Notes under the pieces: generated by a model
Seen by the model: only the letters and a program-made list of their open reading frames with translations
The model's database searches: none
Told to the model about the DNA's origin: nothing
Translations under genes and position numbers: made by a program
Part shown: in pieces, positions 1-6,820 of the stretch
How the letters are laid out: each line of letters opens with the position of its first letter
Numbering within the stretch: the stretch's first letter is position 1
IMG/VR virus record: IMGVR_UViG_3300020120_000350
Location: 1 to 33,650 of that record
Source: a virus
Lineage: Duplodnaviria > Caudoviricetes
Direction: 5' to 3' (one strand)
DNA length: 33,650 nucleotides

Positions 1-804
1 TCAGCGGATTGTTGAGCGGATGGCGTCGCCGACTTTTTGGGACACGACCTGCTCGCGTGGCAGCGTGTATACGCCAGTGGAAGAGATCAGTTTATGGCCG
101 AGGTGGGTTTGCACCATCGGCATTGGGATCCCAGCGTCGGTGAGCTGGGTGCCGATGGTGTGCTTCAGCACGTGGGGATGGCATTTGCGCGCCGGCAGGC
201 CGGCTTCCCGCGCATAGCGCTGGAAGATCCTGAAGACCTGGCTGCGGGAGATCGAAAAAAGCGGTGAATCGGGCGTGGGATGCGGGTTTTGCAACAAAAT
301 GTTATTTTGTTGCGTTTTCGAAGGCCGGGCGCGCGCGGCGCCCTTTTTGCCCAGCCGTGGCGATTCAGCCAGCCAGCTCTGCCAGGCCAGGCGTTCGTTG
401 AGCAGCGGGTTTTCGTGCTCCTGCAGGTCCTGCGTGGTCCGCTCCGAGCCTTTAAGCCTCTGGACCGTGATCTCGGCGCCCTCGATCGCTCTATGGGTAA
501 GCCCGGGCTTCCGGATCGGCCTGGCGGTGGTCACCAGGTAGCAGGTGCGCCATTTGCCTTTGATGCGGCGCTGCACCTCAGAAACGGCAGCGTCCTCGCG
601 GCCGCAGTCGGCAATTCGGCGATCGGCTTTCTCGCGAGTAAAAAACAAACCCAGCTGGCGCGTGGAGCTGCGCACGACTTCACTGACACGAAACCCGTGC
701 CAGTAGAGGGTTACTAGAATCACCCAATCGCGCAGGCAACGCGCGCGAGCCTTCGTAAGCACGGCCAGCAGTTCTTCGGATGTGAGGGAGACGGGAGCTC
801 GCAT
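1..804 (-). CDS. Tyrosine recombinase, FimB/FimE-like (catalytic domain only)
   Basis: Motifs RD..IL..LY.HGFRVSE, RLKG, HPHVLKH, LGH..ISSTGVY; no N-terminal arm/core-binding domain; HxxR is HxxK. Confidence 0.9.
   Translation of the reverse strand: MRAPVSLTSEELLAVLTKARARCLRDWVILVTLYWHGFRVSEVVRSSTRQLGLFFTREKADRRIADCGREDAAVSEVQRRIKGKWRTCYLVTTARPIRKPGLTHRAIEGAEITVQRLKGSERTTQDLQEHENPLLNERLAWQSWLAESPRLGKKGAARARPSKTQQNNILLQNPHPTPDSPLFSISRSQVFRIFQRYAREAGLPARKCHPHVLKHTIGTQLTDAGIPMPMVQTHLGHKLISSTGVYTLPREQVVSQKVGDAIRSTIR
291..313. repeat. AT-rich perfect inverted repeat inside recombinase gene
   Basis: GCAACAAAAT-gtt-ATTTTGTTGC, 10-bp arms. Confidence 0.85.
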
Positions 805-824
805 AAGCGCGGCTCAGCGGGGAT

Positions 825-1316
825 TTAGGAAGTTTTCTTTTTCTCGCGAACGTCGAGCGATGGCTTACGGTCCTGCGTGACCGAACACATGAGCAGTAAG
901 CTCATCAGGCTCGGCGAGAGTTTTTCGTTCTTCACGATCTCCGCGGCCGTCGCCTTCATCGTCCAACGTACGTCTTTGGTGAAAATCTTTTTCAGCAGCC
1001 TGGTCTTTTTCGCTTTTTCCAGCGCCTGCCTGAATCGCTCTACTGCTGCGGCATCCAGCGTGGTGTACTGAGAGAAGGTGGCTACAATTTCCCAGACAAT
1101 GCCATGAAGGATTTTTGATTTCTGCGCGTGTGGACCGCCGAACTCGCGTACTAACTCGATCAGCTCAGTTTCCTGCGAAGCGATTTGCTTTCGGAGCGAG
1201 CCGATCTCCAGCTGCGCTTTCGCCAGATCCTTCGCCAGCTGATCGAAGCCTTTTGCCTTTACGTCCACTTCGGCCGGCATAGGCGAGCTGAGAAGCGAGT
1301 TTGAAGCGGCTGCCAT
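825..1316 (-). CDS. Hypothetical phage protein with N-terminal coiled coil
   Basis: 163-aa ORF packed between LuxR and recombinase genes; heptad pattern FDQLAKDLAKAQLEIGSLRKQI; basic C-terminus. Confidence 0.7.
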   Translation of the reverse strand: MAAASNSLLSSPMPAEVDVKAKGFDQLAKDLAKAQLEIGSLRKQIASQETELIELVREFGGPHAQKSKILHGIVWEIVATFSQYTTLDAAAVERFRQALEKAKKTRLLKKIFTKDVRWTMKATAAEIVKNEKLSPSLMSLLLMCSVTQDRKPSLDVREKKKTS

Positions 1317-1320
1317 AAAT

Positions 1321-1722
1321 TCAATCTCCTCGAAACCGCGCGGCCAACTCAGTGCGTGACCAGACGCCGCATTTATCGAACACGGTCATCAGGTGGTTTT
1401 TCACAACCTGCTCGCTCTTCCCCACCTGGCGCGCGATCTCAGGGTTGGTCAGGCCTTCGATCGCCAACTCCGCAATGCGCCGATGTGTGGTAGACATCGC
1501 AGGCAGCGCAAGCCTTTGCTCGGTTGCTGCCAGCATTTCGATCAGCCGCACACGTTTACGGCCGGCGAGAATACCGGCGCGCTCGTAGAGATTGCGCAGA
1601 CGCTGCTTTACCGACTTTTCAGTCAGCGTGAGATCTGCGGCGATTTCGCTGTTCCGGCATCCTGCGAGCAGCAGGTTCACCAGTTCGCGATCGCGAGGCG
1701 TAGAGACGAGTTCGGCGTTCAT
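1321..1722 (-). CDS. Transcriptional regulator with two tandem LuxR-type HTH domains
   Basis: TPRDRELVNLLLAGCRNSEIAADLTLTEKSVKQRLRNLY and GLTNPEIARQVGKSEQVVKNHLMTVFDKCGVWSRTEL; start set at ATG 1722 (ATGA overlap with upstream ORF). Confidence 0.88.
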   Translation of the reverse strand: MNAELVSTPRDRELVNLLLAGCRNSEIAADLTLTEKSVKQRLRNLYERAGILAGRKRVRLIEMLAATEQRLALPAMSTTHRRIAELAIEGLTNPEIARQVGKSEQVVKNHLMTVFDKCGVWSRTELAARFRGD

Positions 1723-1928
1723 AAGTTTGCAGGACGTGGAATCGTGTTGGGACGCGCCGCCGTCATCAGCTGGTCGATGCGCTCGCATGTGCTCTGGCAA
1801 AAATCGTCAAAGTCGTCGGCGTGCCTGACGAAGAGCAGCGCGATGGCCTGGGCGAAGAGATCGATATCCTCGTCGGAAAGCTGGCTGCGAGTTCGCGCAC
1901 TCGGCGCGGGAGCGGCAATTGCGGGCAT
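1719..1928 (-). CDS. Small hypothetical protein (69 aa)
   Basis: ATGA overlap with the LuxR gene; helical acidic core. Confidence 0.6.
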   Translation of the reverse strand: MPAIAAPAPSARTRSQLSDEDIDLFAQAIALLFVRHADDFDDFCQSTCERIDQLMTAARPNTIPRPANL

Positions 1929-2116
1929 CGGTAAGCGGTCCCATTTGTTGCAATTTCAAACCTAGCCCTGCGCGCGCGCGCGCCGATATGTAACGAAAGT
2001 CATTCCGTCAGAACGAAAGGGGAAGCTGGGCGCCGGCGAGTGCAATGTTTACCGACTTGGTGCCAATCACGCAGGAAAATCGACCTCCGCGAATCTTCCC
2101 GTGAGACTCTACAGGC

Positions 2117-2139
2117 CGTGGGGCCACTGTGGCCCCACG
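2117..2139. promoter_or_regulatory. Perfect 11-bp-arm palindrome in divergent intergenic region (putative operator/hairpin)
   Basis: CGTGGGGCCAC-T-GTGGCCCCACG, 20 nt upstream of ATG 2160. Confidence 0.6.
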
Positions 2140-2159
2140 TTAGAGAACCAGGAGGGACA

Positions 2160-2540
2160 ATGGCGGCTAGAACTACTGAACCTTGCATCCGGTGCCGAGG
2201 AATGGTCGAGATCAGCCAGGCGGCAATCACCGTCCGCGCAAACTGTAGGAGCGTGGGAGTGCAGCCGCGCCTCGAATCCGAACTTCGCCAGGTCTATGTG
2301 TGCGTCGAGTGCGCCATCGCGATCGTGATGGGCGACGAGCCGCCGAAAACCCAGCCGCTCAACATGCTGGTTTACGAGCTGATCTGCCAGATGACGGCAG
2401 AGAGTCCTGCGATCATCGTCGCAGCGTGGCAGCAGTTGCGAAAGCGAATGCAGCTCCCGCCTGCCGTGCCCAACTTTTCCGAGGTGGAAATTCTTCCGCC
2501 AACTGAAGCCATGCCCACTCCGTTGCGATTGGCAAGGTAG
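2160..2540 (+). CDS. Hypothetical Zn-binding protein (CxxC...CxxC)
   Basis: GGAGG RBS before ATG 2160; CIRC and CVEC motifs. Confidence 0.7.
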   Translation: MAARTTEPCIRCRGMVEISQAAITVRANCRSVGVQPRLESELRQVYVCVECAIAIVMGDEPPKTQPLNMLVYELICQMTAESPAIIVAAWQQLRKRMQLPPAVPNFSEVEILPPTEAMPTPLRLAR

Positions 2541-2565
2541 TGGGAATGCACCTACAGATTCGGCA

Positions 2566-2745
2566 ATGCCAGCGCTCACCCAAGACGAAAGTTCCCAGCT
2601 TGATCGCATCGAACGCAGATGCCAATACGGCGTCACGATCAAAGAGCTTTTCTGGCTACTGAAAATCGTGCGCCGCCTTGAAAAGATCGCGAACGGTGCG
2701 CTGCTGGCTAAACCTTCGATTCCGCAGCTTTCGCGGCAACGATGA
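2566..2745 (+). CDS. Small hypothetical protein (59 aa, not in ORF track)
   Basis: Hand translation MPALTQDESSQLDRIERRCQYGVTIKELFWLLKIVRRLEKIANGALLAKPSIPQLSRQR. Confidence 0.5.
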   Translation: MPALTQDESSQLDRIERRCQYGVTIKELFWLLKIVRRLEKIANGALLAKPSIPQLSRQR

Positions 2746-2872
2746 TTTCGTTGCGCAACCTTCCCACCTCTCCACTCACGTGCGCCTTGATGGACGTGGC
2801 TTCTGAGACAACGTACTTGTGTGCGACGACGCCAACGATGAACGACACCACGACGGCAATTGCTGTGAACAT
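2708..2872 (-). CDS. Small single-pass membrane protein (54 aa, not in ORF track), last gene of lysis cassette
   Basis: AGGAG RBS; MFTAIAVVVSFIVGVVAHKYVVSEATSIKAHVSGEVGRLRNEIIVAAKAAESKV. Confidence 0.7.
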   Translation of the reverse strand: MFTAIAVVVSFIVGVVAHKYVVSEATSIKAHVSGEVGRLRNEIIVAAKAAESKV

Positions 2873-2900
2873 TTTTTTCTCCTGTTATTTGGGTTTTTGT

Positions 2901-3206
2901 TTACTGCTTTGCCGCGTCAGGCGCGGCCGGTTGCTGCTTCGGCGGATTGAGGTCGCCGTATTTCGTGACGCCGTAGAAGAGCGTCATAAATCCGCCCTGC
3001 GCCAGCAGCGTGCCGGCGCCAGGCAGAAAATCTACGGGCGAAACGCCAGGCGGAAGATGATGGTTCCAGCGCCAGGCTTCAATCACGTAACTTGTGTCCC
3101 ATCCCAGCACAAACGCCGAGATCACCAACGACATGAAGCGGCCGAACGAGTAGCCTGGATCGCTCGACAGCAACTTCTGTAAAAAGTCTTTCAGCCAGTT
3201 TTTCAT
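2901..3206 (-). CDS. Putative holin
   Basis: 101 aa, two hydrophobic segments, downstream of endolysin and spanin-like gene, ATGA overlap. Confidence 0.6.
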   Translation of the reverse strand: MKNWLKDFLQKLLSSDPGYSFGRFMSLVISAFVLGWDTSYVIEAWRWNHHLPPGVSPVDFLPGAGTLLAQGGFMTLFYGVTKYGDLNPPKQQPAAPDAAKQ

Positions 3207-3808
3207 TTGCGTACCTCCACGATCGCAACTCCAATTCCGATTCCGATGCCAACCTGCTTCATCGCCGAGCCCAAGCGGTGCCAGAAGCCTCTGGGGTGCT
3301 TAAGCACGGCAATTTCTTTGTCACGCGCGCCGAGCTGCACGTCTTTCTGCGCGGCGATCTGTTGCTCGGCCGCGTAATCCGCCTGTATCTGCGCCAGCTT
3401 CACCGCGCACGTTTTCCCTTCGGCCAGGTCCTGAAACAGCGGCAGCACGTCCTCTTTGGGAAATGCGATCGAGTTGTCAGGCTCAACCACGACAGGGGAG
3501 GGAAGATTGGGCGCCACTTGCGGGATCTCGGCCGCCGCCTGCGCCGGCGTTTTCACTGAGGTTACGAGTTTTGATAACGCAGCGATCTGCTGCGCGGATT
3601 TCGCATCGTTCACCGAGATCTGTTTCTGTAGCGTCGTGATCTGGTCCTGTGAAACTTTCACCGCGGCGTCAGAAGCTTTGATTTGCTGTTCGGCCAGCAG
3701 CCGCGCGTCGTGCTCCTCTTTCCACGAATGGAAGGCCAGGAGCGCGATTCCGCCGATGACGAGGTAAAACAAATGCGTGCCGGCGTACTGCTTCAGGTAA
3801 GCCATCAT
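3203..3808 (-). CDS. Spanin-like membrane-anchored coiled-coil protein
   Basis: N-terminal TM (LFYLVIGGIALLAF), long Gln/Ala coiled coils with Pro-rich hinge, Gly-rich hydrophobic C-terminus; follows endolysin. Confidence 0.55.
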   Translation of the reverse strand: MMAYLKQYAGTHLFYLVIGGIALLAFHSWKEEHDARLLAEQQIKASDAAVKVSQDQITTLQKQISVNDAKSAQQIAALSKLVTSVKTPAQAAAEIPQVAPNLPSPVVVEPDNSIAFPKEDVLPLFQDLAEGKTCAVKLAQIQADYAAEQQIAAQKDVQLGARDKEIAVLKHPRGFWHRLGSAMKQVGIGIGIGVAIVEVRK

Positions 3809-4260
3809 GGGGTCACCTCAGTCGCATCTTCGTAGGTAACTTCGCCAACGTTCCACACGTGCAGCTTTTCGTTCTGTTCTTCCGGATTGGTCAAGCGCTC
3901 GAACAGGAGATAGCGGCCCATCAGGTCAGTGAAAGCCTTCACCGATCGTCCGATGAAGTCTGGCGCCGGTCCGCGGGTGTAGCCCACCAGCGTGCAGCCG
4001 TCTGTATCGCGCGGGAAGTTCCCGACGTGCTGCTCGATCGCCACGAATCCAGGCACGTTCTCAACGTGCGGCATGTGCCGCTGGAATTTGTCGGACCAGC
4101 GGATGGTCAGCGGATAGGTCCCAACCGGAATCGCCCGCGGCTTAGTGTTGTCGAGCTTCACGGGCGGTTCGAGCGTGTAACAGAACTGCTCGTCATCGAG
4201 CAGCATGCGGCCTTGCGTCGATAGCGAAGAATAGAGATCACGACGGACTGTGATTTTCAT
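3805..4260 (-). CDS. DUF5675-family protein, putative endolysin
   Basis: STQG.M......CYTLE, AIP.GTY, VPGF..I..HVGN...DT.GC.LVG; AGGTG RBS before ATG 4260. Confidence 0.8.
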   Translation of the reverse strand: MKITVRRDLYSSLSTQGRMLLDDEQFCYTLEPPVKLDNTKPRAIPVGTYPLTIRWSDKFQRHMPHVENVPGFVAIEQHVGNFPRDTDGCTLVGYTRGPAPDFIGRSVKAFTDLMGRYLLFERLTNPEEQNEKLHVWNVGEVTYEDATEVTP

Positions 4261-4327
4261 TTGTGCACCTGCCATTTCATTTTTTTGGAGTTGAAGAAGT
4301 GAGGGTTTGGTGAGAACATTTGAGGCC

Positions 4328-4644
4328 GTGAAACTCGTTTTACAAATCGCTGCTGGAATCGTGCTCGGCTCGGCCCTAACGCCGGAGCAATCTGGCTTTA
4401 TAACTGGAACCGCACTCGATCGACGGCAGATAAATATGAACGCGCTGCAGCCGCCGATATGATGGATACTGCCTCGCGACTGTGCACGATGGAAACCAGC
4501 GAAAACTGTATTAAGTCGCTCAAAATCGTCCGCGATTCGTGCAAAGACTTCCACCTGAATCAGGGCGACTGCGACGAGATGATGTCGCAATCTGTGAAAA
4601 GAATCAGAGCCGAAATCGAAAGCAAGCAAACAAAACAACAATGA
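4328..4644 (+). pseudogene. Frameshifted membrane-anchored/secreted protein (moron)
   Basis: GTG 4328 gives MKLVLQIAAGIVLGSALT; -1 frame from 4381 continues the hydrophobic helix AGAIWLYNW and runs into ORF 4459..4644 (four Cys). Confidence 0.6.
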
Positions 4645-4720
4645 TCACCCGCAACCTATACCTCGGACGTGCACGGCGTGGGGAATCGGCCTAACCGCCG
4701 AGCCACCACACTCCCTCCCA

Positions 4721-4756
4721 TTGACATCCTCTCGCACTGCGGTGTACACCGGAGTG
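4721..4756 (+). promoter_or_regulatory. Sigma70-like promoter overlapped by palindromic operator (copy 1)
   Basis: TTGACA-18nt-TACACC; CACTGCGGTGTACACCGGAGTG near-perfect palindrome; ATG 7 nt after -10. Confidence 0.7.
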
Positions 4757-4757
4757 T

Positions 4758-4904
4758 ATGCCGGTGAGCGTCAAGAGAGTTGTGGTCCAACGATATAAAT
4801 GCACCTGCGAAGTCTGTGGCCACAAATGGGAATCCCGCCAGGTGCCTACCCGCTGCGCGAAGTGCAAATCGCCTTACTGGAACCGACCTAAAAAACAAAA
4901 GTAG
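4758..4904 (+). CDS. 48-aa Zn-ribbon protein, putative DNA-binding (not in ORF track)
   Basis: MPVSVKRVVVQRYKCTCEVCGHKWESRQVPTRCAKCKSPYWNRPKKQK; CxxCGHxW...PxxCxxCKSPYWN pattern. Confidence 0.85.
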   Translation: MPVSVKRVVVQRYKCTCEVCGHKWESRQVPTRCAKCKSPYWNRPKKQK

Positions 4905-4949
4905 AACCGGAATCATCCGCCGGTTCCCATCACTGCAAAATCTTGCATC

Positions 4950-4987
4950 TTGACTCTGCGATGCACTACGGTGTACACCAACGTGCA
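4950..4987 (+). promoter_or_regulatory. Sigma70-like promoter overlapped by palindromic operator (copy 2)
   Basis: TTGACT-18nt-TACACC; TGCACTACGGTGTACACCAACGTGCA; 16/17 identity with copy 1 over GCACTRCGGTGTACACC. Confidence 0.7.
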
Positions 4988-5033
4988 TGGCTACTCGCAA
5001 TCAATCGCTCGACGTGCTGCGCTGGTGGCGACG

Positions 5034-5444
5034 ATGAGCCGCAGAGTTACGGCGATGCTAGCCGGAATCGTTCTGATGGGAATTGCTCCGATCAGCTATC
5101 AACTATCACTTGCTTCGTGGCATGGATACGTCATCGGCCACTCACCAGCCCAGCGCGATATTCCCGACGACATTTTTCCCGCTGTCCTCGGAGCGCGCAC
5201 CATCCAGGAGTCACACACTTTCCCTTATCGCTTCCGGCTCCAATCCGTCGTAATCGAGGCAGGGGCGATTTGCTACAGCTACAGATCGTTTCTTGGAGAG
5301 AACAGGGAAGCGTGGTTCATATCTCCGGAGCTCTGGCGCGACCGCGGATATATTTCTACCCAACCAGATCAAGGTATTTCTACCAGCTGTTCACAAAAGA
5401 GCGGGGAAAAACTCGCTGCGCAAGTGCGCGCATTCCTCAAATAG
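5034..5444 (+). CDS. Membrane-anchored/exported protein (moron; superinfection-exclusion candidate)
   Basis: MSRRVTAMLAGIVLMGIAPISY hydrophobic N-terminus, two Cys in soluble part; opposite strand to late genes; start uncertain. Confidence 0.6.
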   Translation: MSRRVTAMLAGIVLMGIAPISYQLSLASWHGYVIGHSPAQRDIPDDIFPAVLGARTIQESHTFPYRFRLQSVVIEAGAICYSYRSFLGENREAWFISPELWRDRGYISTQPDQGISTSCSQKSGEKLAAQVRAFLK

Positions 5445-6820
5445 TTTTCTGAAAGCACAGACCGATGTCGAACGCTGGCCGCTACTGGCGAAAGAAATGC
5501 GACCGCCGAAACTTCGGAATTCTGGCCTAACCCTCCACCTTGATAGGTTCCAGCCGTCCACGTTCCACTGTAAGTTCCAGCCGCTCCGGAAGTGAAGTCT
5601 GCCCACTGGCCACACGCTGGCAAGCCTTGAGGATCGTGACCCTCGCGGGTTTCTCCACTGCCGACCGTCATGAATGCGCTGCCGTAAGAGTTGCAGTCTG
5701 CTTCCGTCACAATCAGTTCGCTGCTCCGCGTAGTGGTCAGATTTCCACTTGAGATGCTGCCGAGGCCTGGAGTTGCGGTCGCTGTCGCATCCACGGCTGT
5801 GATATTGAATCCGTACTCAGCAACCGATAGCGACACATCTGCATTCGTGTTGCTGAAGCTCAGTGTGATCGTGTCTGATCCAGAATTGCCGCCAGTGTTC
5901 ACCCATACGGTCCGGTTAACTCGAGTACTACTGTTCCACGTAACACTCGTCGCAACCGCCATCGAACCACCCAACCCGAAGGTATCGCTGTGACTCACTC
6001 CTGTCGCCGTGGCCGGGTATTTCTCGAATATAACGACGAGGTGGTGCGTTCCCACTCCGGAAAGCGTGCAGGAAAAAGTCGATGCCACTGCCTTTGTGAT
6101 GTTCGACGCATCGCACGTCTGAAGCGGCTCAGAAGCTGGAGAAGGAATAGGGCGAAATGCCGCCATGATGATAATGCCGTCATTCGAAGTCGATAAGCTC
6201 CAAGTGCTGCTGAATGAGGTTCCTGCTGTGCCTGCCCCCAGCGCATCATCCGCATACTTGACGCAGGTGTTCGCATTTGTACCTTCGACGGTGAAACCAG
6301 AACCGCCGAGTGAAAGGTTAGAGCCAGAAGTGTTGCAATCGGCCATCGCGACCAGCAACTCGCTGTCAACGGCGACCGTCAAACTATCGGTCGTGTGCGA
6401 GCCGCTCGCGGTGACCCATCCAATTACCGCATCTGCGTTCTGATCGTAGGTGTAATTCAGCGCATACTCCGCCACGTAAAGAGTCGTGAATGTGCTCGAT
6501 GCACCCCATGTCACGGTAAAGGTGTCGCTGCCCGAATGGGCTCCGCTGTTCTGGTAAAACATCGTCTCTAGGAACGTAGCAGAGCTATAAACCCCTGACG
6601 TCGCCACATTCCAAGATGTCGAAAAAAAGGTGTCGCCCAGAGATTGCGTGACCGCTTTTGGGCGCGTAGCTATGACCACTATTAGGTGATTCGATCCGAC
6701 GCTCCCGATGGTGCAGGTCAAACTGCTAACGCCAGTGCCAGCATTACTCGAACTGCAGGTGTGAAGCGGGCCCGCAAAAGCAATGCCGGACAACAGACAC
6801 AGCGCTGCAAGTGTTTTCAT
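5369..6820 (-). CDS. Ser/Thr/Gly-rich beta protein with two tandem ~210-aa domains and signal peptide (putative receptor-binding/fibre-associated)
   Basis: MKTLAALCLLSGIAFA leader; repeats PLHTC..TCT..VG..HL.V....VAEY....SELLV..ADCN and PLQTC..SCT..VG..HL.V....VAEY....SELIV..ADCN; TGATG overlap with upstream gene. Confidence 0.75.
   Translation of the reverse strand: MKTLAALCLLSGIAFAGPLHTCSSSNAGTGVSSLTCTIGSVGSNHLIVVIATRPKAVTQSLGDTFFSTSWNVATSGVYSSATFLETMFYQNSGAHSGSDTFTVTWGASSTFTTLYVAEYALNYTYDQNADAVIGWVTASGSHTTDSLTVAVDSELLVAMADCNTSGSNLSLGGSGFTVEGTNANTCVKYADDALGAGTAGTSFSSTWSLSTSNDGIIIMAAFRPIPSPASEPLQTCDASNITKAVASTFSCTLSGVGTHHLVVIFEKYPATATGVSHSDTFGLGGSMAVATSVTWNSSTRVNRTVWVNTGGNSGSDTITLSFSNTNADVSLSVAEYGFNITAVDATATATPGLGSISSGNLTTTRSSELIVTEADCNSYGSAFMTVGSGETREGHDPQGLPACGQWADFTSGAAGTYSGTWTAGTYQGGGLGQNSEVSAVAFLSPVAASVRHRSVLSENYLRNARTCAASFSPLFCEQLVEIP

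Noticed and set aside
825-1316. Mu Gam-like host-nuclease inhibitor
   Set aside because: Size and coiled coil fit, but I cannot recognise diagnostic motifs; left as hypothetical
4261-4641. N-terminal 127-aa extension of the endolysin in the ORF track
   Set aside because: Family similarity starts at MKITVRR with its own RBS; the extension is antisense to the plus-strand moron
4656-4720. Possible tRNA/ncRNA around hairpin TCGGC-CTAACC-GCCGA
   Set aside because: No cloverleaf or T-loop consensus; only a modest hairpin that I cannot assign
5450-6780. Possible diversity-generating retroelement TR/VR pair in the two-domain protein
   Set aside because: Repeats are similar only at protein level, not adenine-specific variants; no reverse transcriptase in the window
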